Assembly (NCBI RefSeq): GCF_006345805.1
Contig: NC_042998.1
Span: 165,912,001 to 165,976,000, forward strand
Direction of reading: 5' to 3'
DNA from: Octopus sinensis
Taxonomy: Eukaryota
DNA length: 64,000 nt
Positions within the stretch are counted from its first letter, which is position 1, and every line of letters begins with the position of its first letter. Under the pieces are notes generated by a model that was given only the letters and a program-made list of their open reading frames with translations, was not told the origin of the DNA and searched no databases. Made by a program: the position numbers and the translations under genes. This document shows, one piece after another, positions 12,861-25,990 of this stretch.

Positions 12861-13744
12861 ATACTTTTAATACTAGAAAAAAATTTTATTCCCAACATTT
12901 ACAATAAGTTAAATGTTTTCCTTCAAATAATACTATGAATTTTGAAACAATATATTACTATGAATAGTATCTAAAAAAGTAAGGGACGGGAATCAATTAT
13001 TTTTTTAATTGTCTGTTGACAAGGAAACGAAAGGAGGCATATAAATATTATTTTGCGAAAAAGTTTTCAGTGTGAGGAAATGGAAATCTTAGTACTCATG
13101 TCTCAATCCTAGTATTCATATCTCTTGAAATATATAATTCCAATTAAATCGAAGCAGTTTTTATTGTCCAAAGTGCTTTTCTGTTGTTTTGTTATAATAA
13201 CTTTCTTTTTCATGCTAGCACAAGTGGAATAGCTTTTGGTACAAGTGTTTATAAACTGCATGCTATTCCACTACCTACTCAGCTATAGAAGTGAAATTTG
13301 CCATTGACCAGAATGAAGTAAATGGTAATATGCCTAATTTAGCAAGTTTCCAATAACTGTTAGCAAAGTTTAAATTAATGTAATCTAGCATATTAACTTC
13401 CCAGCCTTGTTTCTTATGAAATTGATGTAATAATTAATTGAAATTTAACATCTAAGAAAAAGTATAAGAAGTCATGATATTCATGCCTTCCTTTTCTCCA
13501 AAACATTAGAAATGTATCTGAAAGGAATTGGTCTTATATGAAAATGAAATGAGGGTTGTTCAGTTCACTAAGAACTTCATAGTTTTTCACCAAATTGCAT
13601 AGCAGTGCTTGCACTTGGCCTTAGCAACTAGTTACATATTTTGTTTACCCTCCCAATGAAACCTGTTGAGTGAAAGTGCTAAGTTTTTCTCTCTTAAAAG
13701 TATGAGAAACATATTTCTAATTATGAAATACATAACTTTTATTC

Positions 13745-14160
13745 AAGGGGGATTTACATCCAGATGCTGTATGATGCTGATCTGTTTAATGATGTACAGT
13801 ATAAAGCCAAGACAAGCACTACAAGGGTCCTGATGCAGGAGATGCTGTTTGCTGATGATAGTGTACTGGTTGCCCACAGCGCTAAACATATGTAGCTGAT
13901 GCTGATCTGTTAAATGCTGTACAGTACAAAGGTGAGACATGCACTATGAGGGTCCTAGTGCAGGAGACGCTGTTCGTTGATGATAGTGCACTGGTTGCCT
14001 ACAATACTGAAGATATACAGAAACTGGTAGATAACTTTGCCAGAGTTGCACAACAGTTGAGCTTAAAGATAAACAGAAAAACAAAAAGCTTTTACCGACT
14101 TGTGGAGAACCTAATTTCCCCTCTAACAGAAGAAAACATCACTGTTCTGCATTGGTAAAT
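13745..14160 (+). mobile_element. RTE (BovB-like) RT fragment with an internal about 125-bp tandem duplication
   Basis: MQEMLFADDSVLVAHS is followed by VQETLFVDDSALVAYN...LSLKINRKTK; tgatgctgatctgtt recurs at about 13772 and 13897. Confidence 0.8.
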
Positions 14161-14334
14161 AAGTATTTAAGACCAAGTGTTCTTAAGATTGATTGATAAG
14201 ATTAAATCATGGCTAAACTGATAACTAATAGGGTTCACTAGGCTGGTATACTTTCAAAGAAACTAAATAGTTTAAACTGATAAGGCATTGGATTTTGAGT
14301 ACTATAAGCAAGGTTTTGTTTTCTTTTATTCTAC

Positions 14335-14685
14335 AGTGTGGCTGTGTGGTAAGAAGCTTGCTTCCCAATTACATGGTTCCAGGTTCAGTTTCACTGCATG
14401 GCACCTTGGACAAGTATCTTCTACTATAGCCTTGGGCTGACCAAATCCTTGAGAGTGGATTTGGTGGGTGGAAACTGAAAGAAGCCTGTTGTGTGTGTGT
14501 GTGTTGGTGTGTTTACATTCTCATAATAGCAGTTCAGCAAAAGAGACCGATAGAATAAGTACCAAGTTTTAAAAAAAAGTAAGTAGTGGGGTCATTTCAT
14601 TCAACTAAAAAATTCTACAAGGCAGTGTTCCAGCATGGCTGCAGTCTAACGAATGAAACATGTAAAATGTATAAGATAAAAGATC
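14335..14685 (+). mobile_element. Family 1 SINE, diverged
   Basis: A/B boxes, CORE-like segment and tail align to 1756-2147. Confidence 0.85.
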
Positions 14686-15284
14686 TCAATTTCACATGGA
14701 ACAAAGTTAAAACATTTAGGGAATTTTTCACACTTGAAAATTTTGATACCATGCTGATATAGACTATCATAGTTGAACATACCCTGTACAATTATTTCAA
14801 TGTTCACGTTATATGCTCTGAAATCTACACTATATTCATGTAAGACATAGATTTTTCTTTGGACAGACCTAGTTTTCTCATTTTATTTTCAGAAGTTTAA
14901 CAAGATTAACATGTCAAAATGATTAGATAGGAATTTAAATAAATTTGCTTTGTATTTTATAAATTATATTCTTTTGTTTACATTATTTGCAGATATCTTG
15001 GGTTTATAACTCACCAAATATTTCTATTTAAAATTTTAAAATGTGAATTTTGATATAACTTTATTTACCATAACTGATTTTTTGTTTGAGGGTTACAATT
15101 AAATAACAGAACATAGTGAGGTGTGTAAAGAGCCAATCAGTTGTGCATTACTTACCACTTATAAACACTCCTTGCAATGTGTAATCATTTTTAAATGCTG
15201 AGCTTGGAAAATCATTGAAATTTGTGACCTGCACCTGTTTTAAATGCTAACCAGAATATTTGTGTAAGCTACTGCATGAGATAT

Positions 15285-15466
15285 ATGGCAGAATTGTTAG
15301 CACATCAGACAAAATACTTAATAGCATTTCTTTTGATTCTTGATGTTCTGAGTTCAAATCCTGTTGAGGTCAGCTTTACTTTTCAAGCCTTCGGGTCAAT
15401 AAAATAAAGTATTAGTCAAGTATTCAACTTCTCCCCTTCCATCAGAATTGCTGGCTTTGGACCTTG
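15285..15466 (+). mobile_element. Family 2 SINE, diverged
   Basis: ggcagaattgttagcac...gagttcaaatcc...gggtcaataaaataaagt. Confidence 0.75.
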
Positions 15467-16534
15467 TAATGAACTGACATCCCATTCATGTGGAATGTAA
15501 TGGACACCAGGTAACTAATCTTAAAAGTTCTATCACCCAAGAAAAATAATTATAAAAAAATTCATAAGGTAAATTTACCCCTTCAGAAGTAAATATTTAA
15601 GGATGATGATGATGATGATTATTAATTACTACATTGTAATGGTGATTTGGAAAGTTGGTATCAACATAAATCAGCCATAAATGACTAATAACTAGTTATT
15701 TCTATAGATATATATTAAATATGTCAGATGAATTTAATAATAGTAACAGAAAAACCCATCTATCTACCTTTACACAAGTTTAAGGTTACTTGTAACATTG
15801 GCTTCATCCTTTTTCCATGGCTTTTATGGTCAAATGTTTTTGTTTATGTTCATTCACATTTCAACCCAAGGAATTGGGTCTTTTTGAACCTTTGCAACAA
15901 GTCAAATCAGATTAATAGGTTTGGGAAAGCTAACAATAGGATAAGTTTGCAAAATGATAATAATGTAAACCTGTTTAACCAAGTGTAAATTCCAGAATCC
16001 AAAAAAACTGGTGAAAGTCTGTGTCAGCAACAATAAATTAGAGAGTTTGTGAAATGTCACAAAGTTTAATTGCCACATGGCAATTAAACTTATATGACAT
16101 GCCACAGACTCTCCTATTTAACAGTTTCTGAATTGCAATATATATATATTATTTTGGTCAAGTCAATCTCTTGCTACTGATTATTGCCTTGTGCACCCAC
16201 AGGTAAAATAATTTGTGTGTAAGAGAGAAAGTAATATTTCATAAATTGTCAATAAGTTTTTAAATAATTTTATGAAAATTTACATCCAAATCTATTAAAC
16301 AACTTTATTGTAAAATGTGTTTTTATATATATTTATACACGAGTGAGTAGACAAATGAAAGAAGGCATTCAACACATTTATTGGGAGTTACATGTATAGA
16401 TCAAAACAGTTTGATTCAGAACCCTTGGTACTCTGAGTGTCAAGCAACACTCTCCAATGGCTGAAGGCTAGCCTTGTGTTTGAAACTCAGAGTACCAAGG
16501 ATTCTGAATCAAACTTTTTTGATCTATATATATA

Positions 16535-17470
16535 TCATTATCCTCTTCGTTTAGCGTCCACCTTCCATGCTGGCATGGGTGGGACAGTTTGCCAAGAGCC
16601 GGCCAGGCAGAAGCCTGCACCAGACTTCTGTAACTGTTTTGGCAGGATTTTTACAGCTGGATGCCCTTCCTATAGCCAACCACTCAGCAGAGTGGAGTTT
16701 GTGCTTTTTACGTGGCACAAGCACAGGTGAGGCCAGTTTTGGCAAGCTTTTTACAGCTGGATTCCCTTCCAAATGCCAACACCCATTACAGTGTGGACTG
16801 GGTGCTTTTAAGTGGCACCTGCATTGACAGGGTCATTAAGTACTTGCAAGACAAAAAAAATCTGTTTTGAGAGGGGCCTGGAGGACTATAATGAATAAAA
16901 GTGAGCTGAGAACTGAGCCACACCCTTTTGACAGCACCACTGTACATAGCTTGTACAGCTCTAACAAGCCACTCCTCTGCTCCTAACTTCCTTAAAGACC
17001 ATCATATAACAGAGTGGGGAACCCTGTTGAAAACTTTCTCCAAGTTGACAAAGGCTAAGTACAATGGCTTGCTTTTGGCCTAGTACTTTTCCTGCAGTTG
17101 TCTCACTAGGAAGATGGCATCTGTGGCACTTTTCCCAGGTACAAAACCAAACTGCAACTTATCTAGTTTAATTCTATTTCTAACCAATTGAGGTGTAACT
17201 CTCTCAGTAACTTTCATGACTTGGTCTTGCAATTTAATGCCTCTGTACTTGTTTCTATCTAAGGCATCACCTTTACCCTTGTAGCAGCTAACTGTACTAC
17301 TACTACTACATCATTCATTGGGGATGGTGCCTTCCTGAATAACCTGATTACCTATATGGGTGACTAAGCTGTATCCTACATCACCGGAAATTTTAATCGT
17401 CTTGGCAGTGATTCCTAATGGCTCTGGGGCTTTCCCTGTCTTCATATCCTTAATTGCCTTATCTACTATA
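16535..17470 (-). mobile_element. 5'-truncated, internally deleted RTE LINE (RT remnant joined to 3' UTR and tail)
   Basis: Minus-strand DKAIKDMKTGKAPEPLG...YKGKGDALDRNKYRGIKL...QFGFVPGKSATDAIF runs into the catgccagcatgg...gatgat tail. This identifies that ubiquitous tail as an RTE 3' end. Confidence 0.85.
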
Positions 17471-17479
17471 TATATATAT

Positions 17480-18009
17480 AAAATATTTTATAATTATATA
17501 CATAATTATAACAAGGGATTGAATTTATGCCTCACCACGGACTGTAGAAATAGACGTCAGATGCCCTATTACCACCTTAAAATCTCCGACAATAACACTA
17601 TATTGTAGGTGAGCAAAAGAAAAATAATGAATCGACAACTTTTCGGTTAACCGCGTACAAGATCCTGTTTCAAGCTTAAAGTAAAGAAATATTACCTACT
17701 GCTCTCATCAGTGACAGTATTTCATAGCATAAATTTACAAGTATCTCAAAATATGCATGTGAGCTGCGACATCGCATAACCAATATCCATCCCCACTTGT
17801 AGAAATATACTGCAAAGTAGAATTCACATCTTTCTTTTATACCCATGTGTAGTGTGTCAAGATCTAGGCCACAGTTAATACAGTTTTGATGAGGAGATTT
17901 TGAGGTGATAATGGGGGCATTTGACGTTTATTTCTACAGTGCATGGTGAGGCATAAAGCCAATCCCTTGTTATATATATATATAATTATATATAATTATA
18001 AAATATTTT
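17480..18009. mobile_element. MITE-like element with about 110-bp imperfect terminal inverted repeats
   Basis: 17480-17590 (acaagggattgaatttatgcctcaccacggactgtagaaatagacgtc) is the reverse complement of about 17893-18009; no ORF; AT/TA-rich ends. Confidence 0.75.
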
Positions 18010-18110
18010 GTAAAATTTACCTATGAGTTTTTTATTTCTGCATTGACCACCTGGTAAAATTATTAATGATTTTACCCGTTGTTATAATTAAATATTATAT
18101 ATATATATAT

Positions 18111-18863
18111 CACTTTGACCGACCAGTCCGTCAGGCGTCCATTTGACACCGCTGGTCACAGCACGCTGTCCACTCCTCTCTGGATTGCGCCTTTCTCATC
18201 CACGTGATCCCAATCGTCCTCTTGAAATCGTCACTCCACCGTTGTGGAGGTCTTCCGGGTGGTCTTTTCCGCTCACGCGGGTACCACTCGACAACTGCGT
18301 GCGTCCACCAATTATCGGTGAGCCGGGCGACGTGTCCAGCCCATCTATACTTGCTGCGAGTATACTCTGCGATGACATCTCTCACGCCGGACTTCTTTCT
18401 GATGATGTTGCTATTTATGTGCTCTCTCAACGAGATACCAAGCATTGACCTTTCCATGGCTCTTTGAGCCGTTATCAGTCTTTGCTCTTCTCTCTTTGTG
18501 GTAGCCCATGTTTCACTGCCATGTCAGTGAGGTTGAAAGAGCCATCGGCTCGATGAAAAACGGAAAGACGGTATAACATCAAAGGTGCTAAAGTCTGGCA
18601 GAGAGCAGCTCTGGAAAATCCTCGCTGAGCGATTTACGCACTATCTAGACGAGGGAAGAATTTCCTCGCAGTGGAAAGAGTCAAATACCATCCTGCTGTA
18701 TAAGAAGGGCGACAGAGAAGATCTAAAGAACTACCGACCCATATGCCTGCTGTCTCATGTGTACAAGCTGTTCACGAAGATAATTCTGAACAGGTTGTCA
18801 CGTCGTCTCGACGAACAACAACCGAGGGAGCAAGCAGCTTTCCGGAAGAACTACAGCACAATA
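18111..18863 (-). mobile_element. Young RTE LINE insertion with inverted 5' segment
   Basis: 18111-18522 (-) encodes GSETW...ERSMLG...RWAGHVAR...RPPGRPPQRW to the stop; 18523-18863 (+) encodes VSEVERAI...YKKGDREDLKNYRPICLLS...QAAFRKNYST; (AT)n on both flanks; CpG-rich. Confidence 0.9.
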
Positions 18864-19539
18864 TATATATATAGATAGATAGATATTCAATGTATATCCT
18901 ATGTTTGAGATGTATGTACTAGAGTAGTAAAACCGTTTTTCTTTCTTCATCCATTACTTTAAAAAAGTTAAGGTAAGAAAACAACATTAATGTTATTGCA
19001 ATCTACAAATAAATTGGTATAATTCAGCCTATATGCAAATTTATATAACTCAAAATATATATGCAGAACTATATAACTCAAAACAAATTCTGTTAAAAAT
19101 TACTTCTGTTAATAAAGTTAAAAAATACAGAAGAAGCCATTTGTAATCGTGGATAACGTTATCCAAATTAATGAATCTGAAACTGTTTGTTATCCATTTC
19201 TTAAATTTAAATTACTAGATATTGTTTTCAAAATTTTCTAGTAAATTACTACACAACGACTATAATCATTATGAAGATCAAAAGAAAAGTGTGCAAAGTA
19301 TGAAGACATGATAGATGCTTGGGTTGGTGGTAGTAGAATCATGCTGATATTGGAAATGGAGTTAATTATGTGTTGGTCAATGTTATAAGCTCTATTGGCG
19401 CATGTATGTGTGCACATACACATGCTAACATACATATAGAGAAAGCCTGTATTATAATTACATATAATGACTTCAGATTATCAAAATAAGGGTCCCTTTT
19501 TATTTAAAACAAATTATCAGTTTAACAGACATTGTTATG

Positions 19540-20250
19540 TGGCAATGAAGTTTTCTTTCTAACCATGTGGTTTCAGGTTCAGTTCCACTGCATGGCACTT
19601 TAGGCAAATATCTTCTAGAACCCCAAGGTAACCAAAACTATATGGGTGAATGGAAACTGAAAGCAACTTGTCATGTGAAATATATATATATATATTTTTG
19701 TTTTTATGTCCATTTTTCTATGATACCAAAGGTTACACAAATAAATATTATCGAGGCTTTGTTTTACTCCAGGATGCCCTCCCTGTTGCTAACCTGTTTT
19801 TCAAGTAAGAGATCTCTTATTTCACACTTTGAAGGCACAAAGCAAACAAAGAATTTGTTGACAGAGGTGACAGTATCACCATTAGATGCAAATGTAAACA
19901 AACCTGCTCACAAGCACACACCTACATAACCAGTTTCTTTCAGTTTCCATCTACCAAATTCTCTCATAAGGCTTTGGTCACTCAAAGCTAGTAAGATTGA
20001 TGTACATGTATATGTCTGTATGTTTGTTTACATTTGCAATTCTCCAAAAATAGCTGAGCTACAAGCAGTGATGTCGTTATTTCCCTTGTCAGTAAATTGT
20101 TTGCTGATTTTGCAGCTTCAAAGATGTTTAATATAAAGGCTCCTTTACTTGGAAAACAAGTAAGGGTTAGTGACAGCCAGGGCATCTGGTTGTAAAACAA
20201 AGCTTCAATAGTATATTTGTTTAACCCATGCTAGCATGGAAAAATAAACG
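19540..20250. mobile_element. Cluster of old SINE pieces, including an oppositely oriented pair with RTE-type tails
   Basis: SINE head at 19540-19680; about 19750-19985 (-) and 19990-20250 (+) are mutual diverged reverse complements; the + copy ends in acccatgctagcatggaaaa. Confidence 0.6.
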
Positions 20251-21200
20251 TAAAAGGAAATGAAAATAGAATTAAAGGTCCAGATATTGTTATATTGTCT
20301 ATATAATGTTATCAGCCAGTTCTTATTGAAAAGACTGTGTCCTAAAGTGATAGTACCTGATTAAATATCTTTGGTATTTGATTATCTTCTGAATTTAGTT
20401 TCTGCCACTTCATTTTATTTTTCCTCTTTCATTCATTTAGGATAGTCAATTTAATTAACTCTATCACCTACAAATTAAATGGCTTCTGATGTATTTTCAT
20501 CTGTGATAATGAAAATAGAGCCTTTATTTTTTCTTGATACAAGTCATAATTAAGTGGATTCTACCTAATTATTAATAGATAGTATCTTGGAGATGTTATG
20601 AATATTTGGTGAAAGAAGAAACTTGTAAGTATAACAGAAAAGTATAGATATTTTGCTTATGGTATTGCCCTTTGTGGATAAATTTGTATTTAGTCATGGG
20701 TAGGGGACTTTTTGGAACAGAAGTGATTGTATTATCAATGGAATAATTTGAAACAAAAGTTAGTTTTATGTCAGTATGAAAGTGTAGTGCTTCTTCATTC
20801 TCTTAAAGAACAATTTCAGCTGTGTTTCAGATGTTTAAAAAATACAGCTTGATATTAAAACTATTGGCTTCATGTCATATCATGAGAAAGTCTTGATGTA
20901 GTTTAGATATGTGATTAAAAAGTCATAATTATGACAGGCATAAAATAACTAATTATGACACTCAACAATCGTGTTGAGAAGGTATTTGGAGTTGAAATTG
21001 ATAAAAGCCACTAGCTAGAGTAGGATCAAGAGAATATGATTAATTGGACTAACTCATGGAAGAAAATGGAAAGTGCTATATCTATATTTTCAAATTGCAG
21101 AAAACTGAAAAAAAAAATTTTTTTTAATGAAATTTTAGGATTTCAGATGATTGAGATTGTATATAGGTAGATTCAGTTATACAGATATTATTATTTGCTT

Positions 21201-21423
21201 TTAACCCTTTTGTATTCAGATTACTTTGTCAAATGTAATGCTTGTTTATTAACATTGTTTTAACTTAATCCCACATCACATAGCTTTGAGATTTTGATGA
21301 TGTGATTATTTTTATTTTTAGAATGATATTGTAGGGTAAGTGTGAGAGGCCAGATCTGGCCAGTTTGAACGAAAAACAGAATATTTGGCCTGGATATGGC
21401 TGGTTTAAATACTAAAGGGTTAA
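21201..21423 (+). mobile_element. Complete TTAA-type MITE
   Basis: TTAA-CCCTTT ... AAAGGG-TTAA termini; TTAA duplication typical of piggyBac. Confidence 0.88.
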
Positions 21424-22769
21424 AATATTTTTTTAAATTTCTGTTCCTCCTAACTAGATTCAAAGCTTCATTGTTTATGGTAGGAATGATGGTACCTGAT
21501 TAAACATTTATTGGTATTTAGTTTCTACCAGTTTATTCTTCTTCTTTCATTCATTTAGGATTTATAGATACTAGACAGGTGATGGTCAATTTAATTGACT
21601 CTATCTCCTACAAATTTGTGACCTTGTACCAGTATAATAAATTATTAACTGGAAGCACTATAGAGAAAAATTTCATTTTATATTGTTTGGTCAGAAGAAA
21701 GTACTCATGAACTTCACAGGTCTTCTTGGACTAGTGACAATGACATGGTTGATGGTCAGTTTGAGCATCTGTAAGTCAACATTTGTAGAGAAAATGTGGG
21801 TCAGAAGGGTAGTCCAGAAGTAGATATTCGTGAGAGGAAGGACTGGATATAGTGGTTAGTGAGAAGAGGCAGCAGAGAAAGGATATCCTATGAGAATGTG
21901 TTTGAGGTAGTAACAGCCATTATTGTAGTGGTAGAATAGGTAGTGAGAAAATGGTGCATTTGTGGGTCAGAGTTTAGAGTAAGTTAGTGAGTCTCTGCAA
22001 ATCAGGCAGATGGTTTATGGCTCTCTGTTGATTCTGGGTTGATGCCAGTTCCTTTCTGTTATACCACTAATGCCATTGTAAAAGATATCAATATCACCGC
22101 CTTAATTCTCTCCCTCTATATTTGTAACTCCCTAGTTATTTATATAAAAAAATAATCATAGTAGCAAAGAAATAGATGGCCAAATCTGTAGAGATGATTG
22201 TTTTATAGTAGTTTCATGTCTTCCATTTGTAAATTTAATTTCCACCATCAGCTTTGTTTTTGATATCTTCAAGGTCTTTAAAATAGTACCATTAAGAGAA
22301 CTGTGTCAGTTATATTGATTATATGCTTCTCTTTTAAATAGCTTGTCTCATCAAAAGAGATGATTTTATAATCATCTCTCTTAACCCTATATTGCATGAA
22401 TTATTAAGGACATACAAAAAATTCATTTTTACTGAAGGATAATCAAAATCCACAGCCAAAAAAGTGAATCATTGCAAATTTCTATGCAAGTATGAATATT
22501 TGGGCATTTTGGGCTTTGTTAATTTAAAGCAAAGATAGTAAATAGATACTTGAAATGTAATTTATTATCATATCAAGGCTATCCAAAAACACAAGAACAA
22601 CAATAAAAAGCTGTACTTGTCTGGAAATTGTCTGATGTATTGAAGGAAAGTGAATTGTCATGTGACAGTGTGAAAGTGCTTGAAACAGTTTGATTTTGCA
22701 GTAAAACAAAAGTTAACCTTTACCACAGATAACCCTTGTAATGGACTCACAAACTGGATTCTTGCATCT

Positions 22770-23940
22770 GCCCTCTTGTTGCCTTCCATGTATTGGAGCC
22801 AGTGATCTATACCATCCATGCAGATTGTGTAACAGTTCAATAGCCCATTCAGTAAATCAACCCCTGCCCATAAATTTGTTGTTGTTTGTGTTAACAATTG
22901 AAGGACATGGGATGGTTAATTGACACTTTTCTTTCAAATCTGGAGACTTCAAGTGTTGGATTGGCTGCTTCGTATATTGGCAACAGAGAGTAACACCTGT
23001 TATCAAACCATTTTACCACATGTAACTCCACATCACTAAAATTGATCATCCATACTTCAACAGACCCTGCCTTTTTTTCTTTAATGCTGCGTCTGATGAT
23101 AATTTACAATTGGTATGCACTGTACCAACACATGCTATACCCTGTTCATGTAGGGTATTTACAAGGTCAACTCCTGTATACCAATTGTTGTAATACAGTT
23201 AGTGCCATGTTTCTTGGTATATTTTGCAGCAAAATTATCACAATATTTCCAGGTTTTTCAGTCTTGCTGATTTGGACATATTCCAATTACACCAGTGTGA
23301 ACCCCAAGATTGTGGATATGTCCATCTATTCCTGACAACACATACAACTTATAACCCCACTTCATTAGTTTCTGGGGGTTATATTGCTTGATTCCAGATT
23401 TGCTTTTGAAAGGAAGCATTTGCTCACCAATGCATAACCTTTCACATATTCACATGGGTTAATTTCTGCAAACCTTTTTATTCAATCAGTCAACAATTGG
23501 TCTAACTTTGCACCATCTCTCTGTACAGTCTTGAGCACTAGTCAGATTGTAATTGCTGTGTAAAAACTTTTCAATTTGTTTGAAACAATGTACAGTCATG
23601 ACACTGGCAGTTAGACTCTTTGTTCCAGGGGCATCTTGATGAGACTCATGTAAAGGATTCCAAAAATTTGTTCCAGCTCAGCTCTTGTCAAATTGAGTGG
23701 TGTATTGGGGTTACATTGAATAGCATATTTGTGCGATTTTTCAACCCTCTGTTTCACTCTTAATATTTTGCTCATCATTATTGTCAGATGACAATTCGCT
23801 TTCCTCCAATACATCAGGTAGTGGAATGTCTTGTAGCTTTTGTGCGTTGAGAGGAAGCAGTTGCTTTTCACCATAGAAACTGCTGCGGTTCATCTGAAAG
23901 GTGATAGATGATTTGTAAGGCTTTATAAAGTTGCTCACAA
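22770..23940 (-). mobile_element. piggyBac transposase remnant
   Basis: Manual translation across frameshifts gives TPLNLTRAELEQIFGILYMSLIKMP, GIKQYNPQKLMKWGYKLYV, NNWYTGVDL, VVKWFDNR and GVDLLNGL, all piggyBac DDD-domain motifs. Confidence 0.85.
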
Positions 23941-25269
23941 AAACCTGAAATTATCATTTTAAAACATGTGCATTCACTCACTTTCAGCATGTAATTATGC
24001 TAGAACGTACAGTGCTACTTTGAAGTAGCAAAGCATAAAAGCAACATTTTAGATGCTTTTCTATCAAGATTGACCAACAATTTTGTTTAATAAGTAACAC
24101 AACTTTAAACAGTTTTGTGTAATAGTAAAAAGAAAATTTGTTTATAAAGGAAGTTTGTCTACTGGTTGTTTTGAAGTAAAGAGAGTAAGTTTTTGCTGTA
24201 AAGCTTTGTTTACATTTAGGATTCAAAAAGGAAAATGAACTTAGGCATTTTTTCGGTTTGTTGCTTTAAATACACAGTATACAATATTGGGTTACTGGCA
24301 TTTACAATTTAAAATATATTGTCTTGTGAATGAACACTTGATATATCTATTGGATAGTATTCTATGAAGAATGTCTTGAATTTGGTAATACTATTTCAAT
24401 AAGTGAGTAAGTCTTGTTTTGTCTACCTTTAATGATTCCCTCTTGTTTTATTACAGAATGCCTTGTTTTGTCTTCATCTCTTGTGTACATTATACTTTTA
24501 TATCTAAATTTTCAAAATTGATAATTTCTTATACTTATTTTGATTGATGTTCTGCTTAAGGTTTTAATTGATATTACTTTAATGATGTTTAAAAATAGTT
24601 TTCTCTGATTTCCCTCAAGTTTGACAAATATGAACTAGAATATTCTTAGTTATTTTCATGGATAAACATTGAATTCTAAAGTTTAAAACCAGGTCCTTCA
24701 TCAGAAACCAATGTGTTCTGGTACAGATATTCATATGTTTCTTTGGATGCTGTTTTTCTTTCTTGTTTGTTTTCATGCTAAAGATCCTTATGTTCATAAC
24801 TTCTAGGTGTTGAAATCTTAAATTTTTGTTCAGAATGAATACGAAGAGGCTGGTGCACTTACTTCCACATTCTCTCATAATTCTTCAGACAATATGTAAA
24901 GCATTTCCTTTATTACAAGAGTTCATTGTAGTAAGAGCACTTGTGAAATAAATTCTTTTGAAATGCTCAGAAGGCTCCATATTAAGTAATTGATAGCTTC
25001 TGTTACTTTGCTCTGAAAACATAGCCAGTGTAAGAATGGTATGGAAAATGTTTTGGGAGATATTGCCTCAACTGGAAAAAAAGTATTTTTTCTCTCAGTG
25101 AGGTGGCAATGAAACTTGGTCATTGGATGCATTAATGTACAATGGCTGGATAGCATGCTTTGCTGGGTGTAGTGAACACAAATAAGCTGAGTATTAGAGA
25201 AATCAAATGTAGAATGCAAGAGATGTGATGCAGATGGAAATTGACATGGGGGGGGTGCAATGCCAAGCA

Positions 25270-25410
25270 ATCTATATGAAAAAACTTGACTGGTACTTTA
25301 TTTTATCAACCACAGAAGAATGAAAGGTAAAGTTGACCTTGAACTCAGAACATAAAGATCTATAACAAATGCCACTAAGTATTTTGTCCAATACTCTGAG
25401 TTTGCTAAAT
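25270..25410 (-). mobile_element. Family 2 SINE fragment
   Basis: ctggtactttattttatcaacc...gaatgaaaggtaaagttgacc...gaactcagaac. Confidence 0.7.
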
Positions 25411-25659
25411 GATAATTGTGTAAGAAGTATAAAAACATTAAAAAAAACAAACACTTCTTCAGCAGTTTAGATAGAGAAAAGAAGACAATGATTAAAGTTT
25501 AATACTCACTCTCATTCCTAACAATTCTTGCATATCAGAAGTGGCATACTTGATTAAGATAATATTAATTGAATGATGTTCAACCCATTCCAACATGGAA
25601 AACAGATGTTAAATGATGATGATGTGGAAGAAGATGGAGAGATGACTACTGTTAAAGAC

Positions 25660-25990
25660 TGGTGAGCCTGTTCTGGAGAATTAGCGTTTGGTTCTAGAGG
25701 TTTATTTCTGGAGTCAACTTTTTTGAAGTAAACAGTGGTGGAACCTTCAATAAAACTCCATTTTGTCATTATAAATGACCTTGAAGCAACTGTGGCCATC
25801 AGCAACTATCTGAAGTTTGCTGAGTCTCTTTGCATTAGGATCTTGCTCCTGTAACTTTGTCATCCTCACTTCAATGAGATGAAGGGCATCAGTTGATTCC
25901 TTTATCAAAAACTTCCAGGATTGTGGGGACTTCTTGGTCTTAGCCCTCTTCATATGGTATCAATTTTTCTTCTTGTAACCAAGGAACCAT
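25660..25990 (-). mobile_element. Tigger/pogo transposase C-terminal remnant
   Basis: LQEQDPNAKRLSKL...CFKVIYNDK and YFKKVDSR resemble the Tigger1 C-terminus (DPNVERYTKV...CYRVIYDEK...FFKRVDR). Confidence 0.7.

Noticed and set aside
17934-17952. ctacag-TGCATG-gtgagg, apparent ATG micro-exon for UBE2S
   Set aside because: Lies within the right TIR of the 17480-18009 element and is mirrored in the left TIR; most likely coincidental.
21690-22300. Purine-rich block resembling an antisense LINE (similar composition at 54070-54430 and 63670-64000)
   Set aside because: No diagnostic motif recovered by hand; left unassigned.
24400-24900. Stop-riddled coding-like minus-strand frame
   Set aside because: Family could not be identified.
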